A stretch of 64,000 nucleotides of DNA from Candidatus Falkowbacteria bacterium RIFOXYA2_FULL_47_19 (GCA_001780275.1 MFGB01000017.1:59841-123840); one strand, 5' to 3'; shown: positions 36,235 through 45,496, counted from the stretch's first letter. Notes: generated by a model from the letters alone, not told the origin. Translations and numbers: made by a program.

Positions 36235-36341
36235 GATACAAGAAACAAGACACAAGGATACAAACAAATTTCAAATTCCAAAATACCAAACAGTTTGATT
36301 ATCGAATATTGGAAATTGTTTCTTGTATTCTTGTGTCTTGG
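36233..36341. repeat. Family A word-repeat hairpin with the conserved core
   Basis: Arm AAGATACAAGAAACAAGACACAAGGATACAAAC. Core AAATTTCAAATTCCAAAATACCAAACAGTTTGAT. Arm GTTTCTTGTATTCTTGTGTCTTGG. Confidence 0.85.
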
Positions 36342-36414
36342 TAAAATATAATTAACGATCCATTGGTCGGTCTATGGCGCGTAAGATGCCATTTCCGGCT
36401 AAGGGGGAAAAAAT

Positions 36415-36849
36415 ATGGCTTTGATCAAATGGAGCCCATTCCTCGATGTCGAACCTTTCGAGGAGATGGAAAAAATGTTTTCCGACTGGCCAGGCATGCG
36501 CGGCAATAAATCCGGTTTTGTGCCGGCCGTCGATATGTACGAAGACAAGGACAATGTCGTCGTCGAAACCCAGCTCGCGGGCATTGATCCGGAAAAAGTC
36601 GATATTTCTATCGAGAACGACGTGCTTTCGATCAAGGGCGAATCGGAAAAGAAAAGCGAGGTGGAAGACAAGAATTATTACCGCAAGGAGATCCGGCGCG
36701 GCAGTTTTTATCGGAGCGTTCCGCTTCCGACCCATGTTTTGGGAGACAGGGCCGAAGCGACGACCAATGACGGCGTTCTGAAGATCACTATTCCGAAGGC
36801 GCCCGAAGCGAAGCCGCGGACGATTAAGATAAAAACCACAAAGAAATAA
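36415..36849 (+). CDS. Hsp20/alpha-crystallin family small heat-shock protein
   Basis: PAVDMYEDKDNVVVETQLAGIDPEKVDISIENDVLSIKGE…RSVPLP…GVLKITIPK is the alpha-crystallin domain. Confidence 0.92.
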   Translation: MALIKWSPFLDVEPFEEMEKMFSDWPGMRGNKSGFVPAVDMYEDKDNVVVETQLAGIDPEKVDISIENDVLSIKGESEKKSEVEDKNYYRKEIRRGSFYRSVPLPTHVLGDRAEATTNDGVLKITIPKAPEAKPRTIKIKTTKK

Positions 36850-36907
36850 ATATCAATAGGGGGACTTTCCGCCCGAGGCGGATAAGTTATCCCCGGCTTA
36901 GCACATG

Positions 36908-37121
36908 TTTAGGCGTTAGGCCGTTAGGCGGTAGGCTTTAGGAAGTTTTAATAAGCGTGTGGTGGGGCGGGGATGTTCAAATTACGAATTACGAATGTCG
37001 AATTACGAATTAAACCGTAAAATAATTTTTTATAACAAACAATTATCAAACCAAAAATATCGCATCACGTCGTTACTAATTGCCGGGCAGGCGTTATGGG
37101 TTACGCGTTATGCGTTATGCG
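36908..37121. repeat. Three unpaired tandem-word blocks upstream of dnaK
   Basis: TTAGGCGTTAGGCCGTTAGGCGGTAGGCTTTAGG (36908-42). AATTACGAATTACGAATGTCGAATTACGAATT (36980-37011). GCGTTATGGGTTACGCGTTATGCGTTATGCG (37091-37121). Confidence 0.8.
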
Positions 37122-37129
37122 ACAAAGAT

Positions 37130-39046
37130 ATGGGAAAAATATTAGGTATCGATCTGGGTACGACCAATAGCGCCATGGCGATCATGGAAGGCGGCCAGCC
37201 CAAGATCCTGGAGAATGCCGAAGGCAACCGGACCACGCCTTCGATCGTGGCGATCTCTAAAAGCGGCGAGCGCTTAGTCGGCCAGACCGCCAAGCGCCAG
37301 GCCGTGACCAATCCGGAAAATACCGTTTACGCGGTCAAGCGCCTGATCGGCCGCCGGTTTACCGACGACGAAGTGCAACGGGACATAAAGATCTCGCCTT
37401 ATAAGATCGTCCAGGCCGGAGAAGGCGTTAAGGTCAAGATGAACGGTCAGGATTATACTCCGCAGGAGATATCGGCCATGATCCTCTCGAAGCTCAAAGC
37501 GGACGCCGAAGCCAAACTCGGGGAAAAGATCACTGAAGCGATCATTACCGTGCCGGCTTATTTCGACGATTCGCAGCGGCAGGCCACCAAAGACGCCGGC
37601 AAGATCGCCGGACTCGAGGTCAAGCGCATAATCAACGAGCCGACGGCAGCGGCCCTGGCTTACGGTTTTGAAAAGAAAAAGGGCCAGCAGATCGCGGTTT
37701 ACGACTTAGGCGGCGGCACCTTCGATATTTCGATCCTGGACGTTTCCAAGGATACGGTCGAGGTAAAATCGACCAACGGCGACACGCATTTGGGCGGCGA
37801 GGATTTCGATCAAGTGCTCATAAACTGGATCATCGATGAATTCAAAAAAGACCAGGGTATAGACCTGTCTAAAGATACTTTGGCGCTCCAGCGCATCAAG
37901 GAGGCGGCGGAAAAGGCGAAGATCGAATTATCCACCACGAACGAAAGCGAAATCAACCAGCCTTTCATAACGACCGACGCGAACGGACCGAAGCATCTGG
38001 TCATGAAGCTGACCCGGGCCAAGCTCGAAGAGCTGGTGGGCGATCTTGTGGAAAAGACCCTGAAACCCTGCGAGGACGCGCTTCGGGACGCCAAACTCGA
38101 AAAGAAGGATATTGAAGAGGTGATCATGGTCGGCGGGATGACCCGCATGCCCCTGGTCCAGAAAAGAGTCAGGGAGTTTTTCGGCAAAGAACCGAATTTA
38201 AGCGTCAATCCGGACGAAGTCGTAGCCGTCGGCGCGGCCGTCCAGGCCGGCGTTCTCCAGGGCGACGTCAAGGATGTCCTCCTATTAGACGTTACTCCCT
38301 TGACCCTCGGCATAGAAACCTTGGGCGGAGTGGCGACGCCTTTGATCGAACGCAATACCACCATCCCGACCTCGAAATCGCAGATATTTTCGACCGCGGC
38401 CGACAGCCAACCGTCGGTCGAGATCCACGTGCTCCAGGGCGAGCGGCCGATGGCGGCGGACAACAAGACCTTAGGACGCTTTATATTGGATGGGCTTCCG
38501 CCCGCGCCGCGGGGAATACCGCAGATCGAGGTTACTTTCGATATCGACGCTAACGGCATTTTAAACGTCAAGGCTCAGGACAAGGCCTCAGGGAAAGAGC
38601 AGAAGATCACTATCACTTCTTCGTCGGGACTCTCGAAAGAAGAGGTCGAGAAAATGAAGAAAGAGGCCGAAGCGCACGCCGAAGATGATAAAAAGAAAAA
38701 GGAAAAGGTGGAAATAAAGAATCAAGCCGAAACGATCGTTTTCACTACCGAAAAATTGATCAAAGAATCCGGCGAGAAGATGAAGCCGGAAGACAAGAAA
38801 GAATTAGAAACGAAAATTGAAGAGCTTAAAAAAGTTAAAGACACGGATAATACCGATGAGATCAAGAAAAAAATGGAAGAAATGAACCAGGTAGCCCAGA
38901 GGATCGGCACGGCCATGTACCAGGCGGCTCAGGCGGCCGGCGCGCAGGCCGGAGCGGACGGCGCCAAGGCCGGAGAACAGAAAACTGACGATAAAAACGG
39001 CAAGAAAGACGAGCCGATCGAAGGGGAATTCGAGGAAAAGAAATAA
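37130..39046 (+). CDS. dnaK: Molecular chaperone DnaK (Hsp70)
   Basis: [17 protein letters not shown] start, [12 protein letters not shown] and other motifs. The track start at 36959 extends through upstream word-repeats. Confidence 0.98.
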   Translation: MGKILGIDLGTTNSAMAIMEGGQPKILENAEGNRTTPSIVAISKSGERLVGQTAKRQAVTNPENTVYAVKRLIGRRFTDDEVQRDIKISPYKIVQAGEGVKVKMNGQDYTPQEISAMILSKLKADAEAKLGEKITEAIITVPAYFDDSQRQATKDAGKIAGLEVKRIINEPTAAALAYGFEKKKGQQIAVYDLGGGTFDISILDVSKDTVEVKSTNGDTHLGGEDFDQVLINWIIDEFKKDQGIDLSKDTLALQRIKEAAEKAKIELSTTNESEINQPFITTDANGPKHLVMKLTRAKLEELVGDLVEKTLKPCEDALRDAKLEKKDIEEVIMVGGMTRMPLVQKRVREFFGKEPNLSVNPDEVVAVGAAVQAGVLQGDVKDVLLLDVTPLTLGIETLGGVATPLIERNTTIPTSKSQIFSTAADSQPSVEIHVLQGERPMAADNKTLGRFILDGLPPAPRGIPQIEVTFDIDANGILNVKAQDKASGKEQKITITSSSGLSKEEVEKMKKEAEAHAEDDKKKKEKVEIKNQAETIVFTTEKLIKESGEKMKPEDKKELETKIEELKKVKDTDNTDEIKKKMEEMNQVAQRIGTAMYQAAQAAGAQAGADGAKAGEQKTDDKNGKKDEPIEGEFEEKK

Positions 39047-39058
39047 ATTTTTACGCGC

Positions 39059-39170
39059 GTAGAGACGCCCCGGCGGGGCGTCTCTACCTTTGGCGTTTTC
39101 CCATAAAATATTCTTACGGATTACAAGCGGCAAGGCGGCAAATTAGAGACGAGGCAATGCCTCGTCTCTA
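39059..39170. repeat. Two GTAGAGACG-type hairpins downstream of dnaK
   Basis: GTAGAGACGCCCCGGCGGGGCGTCTCTAC (39059-87) and TAGAGACGAGGCAATGCCTCGTCTCTA (39144-70). Confidence 0.85.
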
Positions 39171-39332
39171 CCGCACCTCGCTTTCGCCCCCCCACCCAAG
39201 GCAGGCAGACTGGGATGACAAAAAAGAAAAAGAGCGGTAAAATTAAATTTTAGAAGAACCATAAAACATTAAACGCTTGAATCCGGTTCCTCTATCGCGC
39301 GAGAGCGGGTGAAGAGGGTCAGGGTGAGGGCA

Positions 39333-39635
39333 ATGTCGAATATGTCACAAGTAAACCAACCCAAGAAAACCGAAATCAAAATCGCGGATAATATCCCGGG
39401 AGCGGAATACGCGAACGCGATGCAGGTCAACCATAACCGGGACGAGTTCCAGCTGATGTTTTTAAATATCCTCGGCCCCTCCGGCCGCGTTACCGGCAAA
39501 ATCATCACCGGACCAGGCCATCTCAAGCGCATTGTGGCGGCTCTCCAGGATAATTTAAAGAAATACGAAGAGCGCTTCGGCGTGATCAAGGAAGCTGAAG
39601 GTCCGGAGGAGAAGGAGATCGGGTTTAAGGGCTAA
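39333..39635 (+). CDS. DUF3467 domain-containing protein
   Basis: GAEYANAMQVNHNRDEFQLMFLNI…ITGPGHLKRIVAALQDNLKKYEERFG matches the DUF3467 pattern. An alternative ATG is at 39342. The track GTG at 39309 lies in GC-rich repeat DNA. Confidence 0.8.
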   Translation: MSNMSQVNQPKKTEIKIADNIPGAEYANAMQVNHNRDEFQLMFLNILGPSGRVTGKIITGPGHLKRIVAALQDNLKKYEERFGVIKEAEGPEEKEIGFKG

Positions 39636-39669
39636 GGATTTTCGATTGCCGATTTTCGATTGCCGATTT
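39636..39669. repeat. Left inverted arm flanking the four-helix-bundle gene (family C words)
   Basis: GGATTTTCGATTGCCGATTTTCGATTGCCGATTT. Confidence 0.85.
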
Positions 39670-39676
39670 AAATAAG

Positions 39677-40030
39677 ATGAATAAGGAGGATTTAAAAAAT
39701 AGATTTAAAAAGTTTGCCTTGCGCGTAATTAAATTAACGCGTGCTTTGCCAAGTACTTATGAGTCAAAGGTAATGGGCGGGCAATTATTAAGATGCGGAA
39801 CTTCTTCAGCGGCTAATTATAGAGCGGCCTGCAGGGGTAAATCAAGACCTGATTTTATCTCTAAGTTAGGGATTGTTGAAGAAGAATTGGATGAAAGCAT
39901 GTTTTGGATGGAAATAATTATCGAGTCGGAATTAATAGCCAGACATTTAATCAAAGATTTATATCAAGAAACCGATGAATTATTATCAATAATCATCAAG
40001 TCCAAAATTACTGCCAGAAATAATAAATAA
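39677..40030 (+). CDS. Four-helix-bundle protein (23S rRNA intervening-sequence protein family, PF05635/TIGR02436-like)
   Basis: FALRVIKLTRALP…GGQLLRCGTSSAANYRAACRGKSRPDFISKLGIVEEELDESMFWMEII is the family signature. It is flanked by inverted arms. Confidence 0.88.
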   Translation: MNKEDLKNRFKKFALRVIKLTRALPSTYESKVMGGQLLRCGTSSAANYRAACRGKSRPDFISKLGIVEEELDESMFWMEIIIESELIARHLIKDLYQETDELLSIIIKSKITARNNK

Positions 40031-40062
40031 TTCGACATTCGAAAATCGTAAATCGAAAATCA
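40031..40062. repeat. Right inverted arm flanking the four-helix-bundle gene
   Basis: TTCGACATTCGAAAATCGTAAATCGAAAATC. Its reverse complement GATTTTCGATTTACGATTTTCGAATGTCGAA matches the left arm at roughly 80% by eye. Confidence 0.85.
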
Positions 40063-40066
40063 GAGT

Positions 40067-41134
40067 ATGGGTAAAGATTACTATAAAATTTTAGGCGTAG
40101 ACAAGAGCGCCGGCGCGGACGATATAAAGAAGGCATTCCGCAAAAAAGCGCACGAGTTCCATCCGGATAAAGCCGGCGGGGACGAGGCTAAATTCAAGGA
40201 GGCTAACGAGGCTTATCAGGTGCTTTCCGATCCTAAAAAACGGGCCCAGTACGATCAGTACGGTTCGACGTTCGAGCACGCCCAAAGTCGGGGCGGTTTT
40301 TCCGGTTTCGGCGATTTTAGCAACGGATTCAACGTAGACGCGGAAGATCTGGGCGATATTTTCGGGGGCATCGGCGACATCTTCGGTTTCGGAGGCGGCC
40401 GGCAAGGCCGGCAGAGGGGCGGAAACGATATCCAGACGGTTTTAACGATCGATTTTGCCGAAGCCGTAACCGGGGCGGACAAAGAAATAAGTTTGCGTAA
40501 AAAGGTCAAATGCTCCCATTGCCACGGCAACGCGGCCGAACCCGGCACCAAGATCGAAACCTGCAAGGTCTGCAGCGGTTCGGGCCGGGTAACAAGGGTC
40601 CAGCGGACAATTTTGGGCAATATGCAGGTACAGACGGCCTGTACGGCCTGCGGCGGCGAGGGTAAAACCTACGCGCAGAAATGCCGGCGGTGTTCCGGCA
40701 CCGGTGTTGTTTTCGAAACGGTGAATTTAAGGGTCAGGATTCCGGCCGGGATCGATGATGGCGAGAGCATCCGCCTGTCCGGCGAGGGCGAAGCCGGAGA
40801 AAAAGGGGCCGGGGCCGGCGACTTGTATTTGCGCATCAGAGTGCGTCCGGATAAGCGTTTCGAGCGCGCGGACAGCGATATAAGATCGGGTGCGACCGTA
40901 AGCTTCACGCAGGCGGCTTTAGGGGATAAGATCGACGTGGAAACGGTCGAGGGACCGGTCGAACTTAAAATTCCGGCCGGCACCCAATCCGGTACGGTTT
41001 TTAAATTGCGCGGCAAAGGCATGACCCGTTTGCGCGGCTCCGGCAAGGGCGACCATTACGTGGAAGTGACAGTGGATATTCCGAAGAGCCTTACGAAAAA
41101 GCAGAAAGAGCTGTTAAAAGAGATGGGATTGTAA
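40067..41134 (+). CDS. dnaJ: Molecular chaperone DnaJ (type I)
   Basis: J domain with HPD ([12 protein letters not shown]), a G/F region, and four CxxCxGxG zinc motifs. Confidence 0.96.
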   Translation: MGKDYYKILGVDKSAGADDIKKAFRKKAHEFHPDKAGGDEAKFKEANEAYQVLSDPKKRAQYDQYGSTFEHAQSRGGFSGFGDFSNGFNVDAEDLGDIFGGIGDIFGFGGGRQGRQRGGNDIQTVLTIDFAEAVTGADKEISLRKKVKCSHCHGNAAEPGTKIETCKVCSGSGRVTRVQRTILGNMQVQTACTACGGEGKTYAQKCRRCSGTGVVFETVNLRVRIPAGIDDGESIRLSGEGEAGEKGAGAGDLYLRIRVRPDKRFERADSDIRSGATVSFTQAALGDKIDVETVEGPVELKIPAGTQSGTVFKLRGKGMTRLRGSGKGDHYVEVTVDIPKSLTKKQKELLKEMGL

Positions 41135-41185
41135 TATTTAAAGCTGTCAGCGACAGGATCGGTCGCTAACGACAGAAGATAAATT

Positions 41186-41548
41186 ATGAGTTTAGAACAA
41201 ATCAAACCGCAAAATAATATTTTATTAAACCTTTTCGGCCATGACCATGACGCCCTGGCCAAAAAAATAAGATCCGCCCTGGATGAGGAGGCGCGGGGCG
41301 GTTACGAGCGGGGCACGAACGGTTTTATCAAATCAATAATCGGATCAGTAAAGCTGTCCGGCGACGAATATGCCCGGTGCAAGAAGGAAATAAACATTGA
41401 AATCAGCCGTCTGAAAAAAATCGCGGCCGAAAAATTAGCCGGAAGAGACGATGCGTACCGTCGGGACATGAAAGACCGGGAAGAGGCGGAATGGCGCCGA
41501 TCGTCGGGAATATATGACCCGAGCCTGGAAGAATTAAAGCAGGATTGA
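41186..41548 (+). CDS. Hypothetical helical protein (120 aa)
   Basis: Clean ORF between dnaJ and htrA. No family recognised. Confidence 0.55.
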   Translation: MSLEQIKPQNNILLNLFGHDHDALAKKIRSALDEEARGGYERGTNGFIKSIIGSVKLSGDEYARCKKEINIEISRLKKIAAEKLAGRDDAYRRDMKDREEAEWRRSSGIYDPSLEELKQD

Positions 41549-41597
41549 TAAAAACGCCGGAATCATCTATTATATAGATATATAAATAATAGCCAAT

Positions 41598-41960
41598 ATG
41601 ATACCAGAATTACAACCAAGCGATGATTATACCAATAATTATAGACTGGAACTTCTTAAAGCCATCAAAAGCTTATTGAGCAACGAACGGGAATTAAAAA
41701 GGCTTTTGGCGAGCGCGCGGGATAATCTTAAAGGTATTTACGGCTGGGAAGTGATGAGCAACCAGTCAGGCGATAAGCTTGAGCTGGAAATATTGCGCCT
41801 GTCCACCAATAAGAAATATACCAAGGATATGCTCGATAACACCGACGCTCTTCTGGGGCACAAATTCCGCAATACGGTGCATAAATTCGAGGATGAATAT
41901 ATCCGCAAAATAAAGTCCATTGAAGCCTGCAAGAAGATGGCGGAAGAGATCAAGTCTTAA
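41598..41960 (+). CDS. Hypothetical helical protein (120 aa)
   Basis: Clean ORF. No family recognised and no obvious similarity to the preceding 120-aa ORF. Confidence 0.55.
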   Translation: MIPELQPSDDYTNNYRLELLKAIKSLLSNERELKRLLASARDNLKGIYGWEVMSNQSGDKLELEILRLSTNKKYTKDMLDNTDALLGHKFRNTVHKFEDEYIRKIKSIEACKKMAEEIKS

Positions 41961-41992
41961 CTCTATATAATCAGCCGCATAATATCTTATCT

Positions 41993-43114
41993 ATGAAGTT
42001 AAAAAATGAATTATTTTTTTTATTATTGGCATTATGTTTCGGCGCCGGTATTTTCGGGGCTTATTTGTTTTATACCCAGGGTCATCCGGCGACCGCGCGC
42101 GAATATGTTTTGGACGAAGAGGCCGCGAGCATAATGGCCATAAAGAAGGTCATTCCGGCAGTCGTCTCGATCATAGTTTACGATTGGGATGATTTTGTCA
42201 CCTTGGATTCACCGACCGGAAAACCGGAAGTCAGGAAACAGCGCCAGGCGAAACTTAAAGGCACCGGTTTTCTTATTTCTTCCGACGGTTTCATCGTTAC
42301 CAACAAGCACGTAGTGGACGCGGCCGACAGGAAGACCGGCGAGTACCGCGTAATCCTTAATTCCGGCAAAGAATATTACGCCCAGTATATCGATAAAGAC
42401 CCCATGAACGATCTGGCGGTTTTAAAGATATTCGACAAGGATCTGCCGGTCGCGGAGATGGGGAATAGCGATAACCTAGAGTTAGGATCAAGCGTTATCG
42501 CGATCGGAAACGCCCTCGGACGGTACGAGAATAGCGCCACTAAGGGAATAGTGAGCGGATTGGGACGGAGCCTCTTCGCGAGCGACATTAACGGCAATAC
42601 GGAAGCCCTGGATAATGTCATCCAGACGGACGCTAAGATAAACATAGGTAATTCCGGCGGACCGCTGATCGACCTAGCCGGACGGGTGGTCGGCATTAAC
42701 GTGGCGATAGACCAGGCCGGTTCGGCCATCGGTTTCGCGATTCCGATAAACGACGCCCGGCCGGTAGTGACCAGTATCCGCGAACGGGGCCGGATCGTGC
42801 GCCCGGCGCTCGGCGTGCGTTATATCATGCTCACTCCGGAAATGGCCCTGGACAACGAATTGACGCGCTCGACCGGCGCCTGGATAAAATCGGGCGATTC
42901 CGAGGTACCGGCGATCCTGCCCGATTCGGCGGCGGCTAAAGGCGGCCTTAAGGCCGGAGATATTATTTTTGAAATTAACGCGATCAAGCTGGAGGGCAAA
43001 AACACCCTGTTGTCGGTCGTGCAGAAATACAAACCGGGCGACAAGATCGGACTCAAGATCCAAAGAGGGGATAAAATTTTGATTTTGACGGTGGTATTGG
43101 GGGAATTCAAATAG
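41993..43114 (+). CDS. htrA: HtrA/DegP-family serine protease with a PDZ domain
   Basis: N-terminal TM anchor. Catalytic His/Asp/Ser context (TNKHVV, NDLAVLK, GNSGGPL). C-terminal PDZ (GLKAGDIIFEINAIKLEG). Confidence 0.9.
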   Translation: MKLKNELFFLLLALCFGAGIFGAYLFYTQGHPATAREYVLDEEAASIMAIKKVIPAVVSIIVYDWDDFVTLDSPTGKPEVRKQRQAKLKGTGFLISSDGFIVTNKHVVDAADRKTGEYRVILNSGKEYYAQYIDKDPMNDLAVLKIFDKDLPVAEMGNSDNLELGSSVIAIGNALGRYENSATKGIVSGLGRSLFASDINGNTEALDNVIQTDAKINIGNSGGPLIDLAGRVVGINVAIDQAGSAIGFAIPINDARPVVTSIRERGRIVRPALGVRYIMLTPEMALDNELTRSTGAWIKSGDSEVPAILPDSAAAKGGLKAGDIIFEINAIKLEGKNTLLSVVQKYKPGDKIGLKIQRGDKILILTVVLGEFK

Positions 43115-43194
43115 AGCCCTCACCCGCCTCTCCGCCACTCGGCGAATCTGGCAGGTACCCCCTCTCCAGACTTGGAGAGGGGTTGGGGGAGAGG

Positions 43195-43227
43195 GAAAAA
43201 AAGACCACTCTGTTTAGAGTGGTTTTT
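43195..43227. terminator. Bidirectional terminator between htrA and the minus-strand operon
   Basis: A7, ACCACTC-loop-GAGTGGT, T5. Confidence 0.75.
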
Positions 43228-43229
43228 GG

Positions 43230-43445
43230 TTATTGATTGTAGATCCCTTCGTAATAGTGCGTCCTCATTATCTCCATGAATACGTCCGGATATTCACGGA
43301 AATATCTTTGTAGGGCTCTGACCTTGCCCTCGTCGTAATAATCCTGGTATCCTTCGTGTTTGTCCATAACATACAGCCCCGGCTCTTCTTCGGATGCCGT
43401 AAGCTGTACCCATGGGAAGGGGATGATTAATGACGGGAAAACCAT
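43230..43445 (-). CDS. Hypothetical small protein (71 aa)
   Basis: SD AAGGAG lies 6 nt before the ATG at 43445. Sequence MVFPSLIIPFPWVQ…YFREYPDVFMEIMRTHYYEGIYNQ. It is the last gene of the minus-strand operon and a terminator follows. Confidence 0.5.
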   Translation of the reverse strand: MVFPSLIIPFPWVQLTASEEEPGLYVMDKHEGYQDYYDEGKVRALQRYFREYPDVFMEIMRTHYYEGIYNQ

Positions 43446-43455
43446 TATTTTCTCC

Positions 43456-43722
43456 TTAGTCATCTTCCTCGCTAATGCCCGAGACGGAGTAAGGGTAAGA
43501 GGCGTTTTCATTGTCGCAGTCGTCGCCATCGTCGATTTTTTTGACGGCGATATTGTATTTTTTCATGATGCGCGTTTTGAATTCAGCGTATGTTTCGTTG
43601 GCGAATTTTCCGCCCTGGTCCTGCTTGACGCGGCGGTATTTTTCAAAAAACGTTTTAAGTTTTTCGTCATCGCCGGCCCTTAAGGCCTCGCGCGCTTCCG
43701 CGAAATCGGTGGCCAGTCCCAT
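43456..43722 (-). CDS. Hypothetical small acidic protein (88 aa)
   Basis: SD AAGGAGG lies before the ATG at 43722. Sequence MGLATDFAEAREALRAGDDEKLKTFFEKYRRVKQ…SGISEEDD. The longer track ORF (start 43884) overlaps the upstream gene out of frame. Confidence 0.55.
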   Translation of the reverse strand: MGLATDFAEAREALRAGDDEKLKTFFEKYRRVKQDQGGKFANETYAEFKTRIMKKYNIAVKKIDDGDDCDNENASYPYSVSGISEEDD

Positions 43723-43748
43723 AGTTTTACCTCCTTTATTTTTATGGT

Positions 43749-44792
43749 TTACGGCAGATAACTTACGAGACAGCCCCAGTTTTTTTCCGCCAAGAGATTT
43801 TCGGCGTCTTTGATCATGGCCGCGGCGGTCGGTTCGGGGCCGGCGCCGGGTCCACCCGCGGGGCAAGGGAAGATTTCCCGGCATTCTTCATGGGGCGAAT
43901 CCATGGCAAAGGCGTTGTTGGCGCCGGGAATAACGAGTTTTTGCAGGAATTCATTTTTGCCAGGCTGAAAAAATCCGCCGATGATACTGCCCCTGCCGAT
44001 GGTTTTATGGAAACAGATATAGTTATTCCAGCCCTCGATTATTTTTGGCAGGCGCTCGGACGAAAATATCACGTAATACCGGAAACCGCCCGTGGTCAGC
44101 CGGTAATAAGCGGGCGGCGTAACCGGCGTGATACTTATGTCTTTGGCGTCGATGGCCTGCCTGGCATTAAGAATGGTGTTGTGGATAATAATCGCTTTGC
44201 GGGCAGTATCCTTGATTTCAGCATTGACGACCGCGATCGGATCATTTGCCCCGGGCTCGGTAAGACCGAGCTTAAGCGCCTCGGCTATTGTGCCGCCGCC
44301 AAAAAGAAAATTCAGCGTGCCGTTCAAAACGGCGTAGATGGCGGGAGGGGAGGAGTGCAGGTTCAGTCTTTTTTGTATTTCGGAGAGCATCATCGTGCCG
44401 CCGCCGACGGTGGCGCTGTAGCCGATCCTGCCCAGATCGAACCAGAGTTTTATATTCGTAAAATAATCGGACAAGAATGCTTTTTCGCACGTAACGACCA
44501 GAACCCCTTTTTTTAGGGCATGATAAGCGTAATAAAGGGAGATCTGGCCCAAATTCGACGGTGTAGCCATGAACAATATGTCGATTTTCGATCTCTCGAT
44601 CATATCCGGATAATCGCCGCAAGAAAGCGGGGCCGCGACTTGCTTTACCAGTTCGTCATCAGTGAATCTTTCGCGGATTCGGTAAATATTTTTGCTGTCC
44701 GCCGCAAAGATAACGTCCCAGTGCCGGGCCGTGATCTGCCGGGCGAGCTCTTTTCCGACGCGGCCGAGGCCGATTACGCCAGTTTTGACCAT
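43749..44792 (-). CDS. Homoserine dehydrogenase family protein
   Basis: N-terminal Rossmann VIGLGRVGKELA. Catalytic-domain motifs SATVGGGTMM, LNGTLNFLF, IKDTARKAIIIHN and C-terminal GGPGAGPEPTAAAMIKD. Confidence 0.75.
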   Translation of the reverse strand: MVKTGVIGLGRVGKELARQITARHWDVIFAADSKNIYRIRERFTDDELVKQVAAPLSCGDYPDMIERSKIDILFMATPSNLGQISLYYAYHALKKGVLVVTCEKAFLSDYFTNIKLWFDLGRIGYSATVGGGTMMLSEIQKRLNLHSSPPAIYAVLNGTLNFLFGGGTIAEALKLGLTEPGANDPIAVVNAEIKDTARKAIIIHNTILNARQAIDAKDISITPVTPPAYYRLTTGGFRYYVIFSSERLPKIIEGWNNYICFHKTIGRGSIIGGFFQPGKNEFLQKLVIPGANNAFAMDSPHEECREIFPCPAGGPGAGPEPTAAAMIKDAENLLAEKNWGCLVSYLP

Positions 44793-44807
44793 AGATATTC
44801 CTCCCCC

Positions 44808-45203
44808 CTATTTTAAAAGCTGCAGTCTTTTGACGAACGGTTCTGCCTCCTGCCGGGTTATAATACCGAGGCCTACGCAGGTCAACGACCCGGCCGGGAC
44901 CTCGGTATAACCTTTATCTCTGATATGGAAAAATCCCAGAGCAACTAATCTTATGAGATACGATTGTCTGGCCTTAAGCGCGATCTTTTTTTGTTCATTG
45001 CCGTTATGATGGAGCCATTTTTCGTATCTTTTGTATTTTTCGGAACTGAAATGCGAACCGATGCCGGCCCACATCATGTGGTTGGAAATATTGGTGGCTA
45101 CATGGGCCATCTGAATACCGATTTTGGGCGGTGACATATTTAATTCTTGATTAACGATCAGGTACATAATCAGCTCATTCGGGTCTTTTTCCTGTTTCAT
45201 CAT
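44808..45203 (-). CDS. pth2: Peptidyl-tRNA hydrolase, archaeal/eukaryotic PTH2 type
   Basis: It aligns along its length with Pth2 (IGIQMAHVATN; YEKWLHHNGNEQKKIALKA; IRDKGYTEVPAGSLTCVGLGI…KRLQLL). Confidence 0.8.
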   Translation of the reverse strand: MMKQEKDPNELIMYLIVNQELNMSPPKIGIQMAHVATNISNHMMWAGIGSHFSSEKYKRYEKWLHHNGNEQKKIALKARQSYLIRLVALGFFHIRDKGYTEVPAGSLTCVGLGIITRQEAEPFVKRLQLLK

Positions 45204-45264
45204 TCCCTCCGGTTTTTCGGTTTAATTTTAAAGGACGTTAAAATATATTTTTAATTATTTAGTA

Positions 45265-45293
45265 AAATTAGCACATAAATTAAATTTTGTCAA
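45265..45293 (-). promoter_or_regulatory. Promoter of the pth2/HSD-like operon
   Basis: Reverse strand: TTGACA, 17 nt, (TGc)TAATTT. Confidence 0.6.
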
Positions 45294-45389
45294 ACGGCTT
45301 TAAAAAACGTGAAATAAAAAAAACACGATTATACGCACGCAATAAAATTCGATTTTTTACGTAATAATAAAAAGAAGGTCCTCACTTAA

Positions 45390-45398
45390 TTATCCACA
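45390..45398 (+). promoter_or_regulatory. Isolated perfect DnaA-box 9-mer
   Basis: TTATCCACA. Confidence 0.4.
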
Positions 45399-45409
45399 GG
45401 AAAAAATAC

Positions 45410-45437
45410 TTGCAAAAAAATTCTGAGACATTATAAT
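45410..45437 (+). promoter_or_regulatory. Promoter of the ABC transporter operon
   Basis: TTGCAA, 16 nt, TATAAT. A perfect DnaA-box 9-mer lies 12 nt upstream. Confidence 0.6.
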
Positions 45438-45496
45438 ATATAATAACACTATCGGCTGATTAATACTTAAGCCGTTATTTCTTTAATTTTAAAACC

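Noticed and set aside
36959-37129. N-terminal extensions in the ORF track: dnaK from 36959, acs from 51946, proS from 25912, DUF192 from 2588, 15142, 31996, 4115, 28473, 49168 and 56096.
   Set aside because: The extensions start at non-ATG codons or inside promoter hexamers or word-repeat hairpins. Conserved protein N-termini with an ATG, often with an SD, begin further downstream.
41186-41960. The two consecutive 120-aa ORFs considered as a toxin-antitoxin or paralogous pair.
   Set aside because: They show no detectable similarity to each other, no recognisable toxin or antitoxin motifs, and no overlapping stop/start typical of TA pairs. They are retained only as hypothetical proteins.
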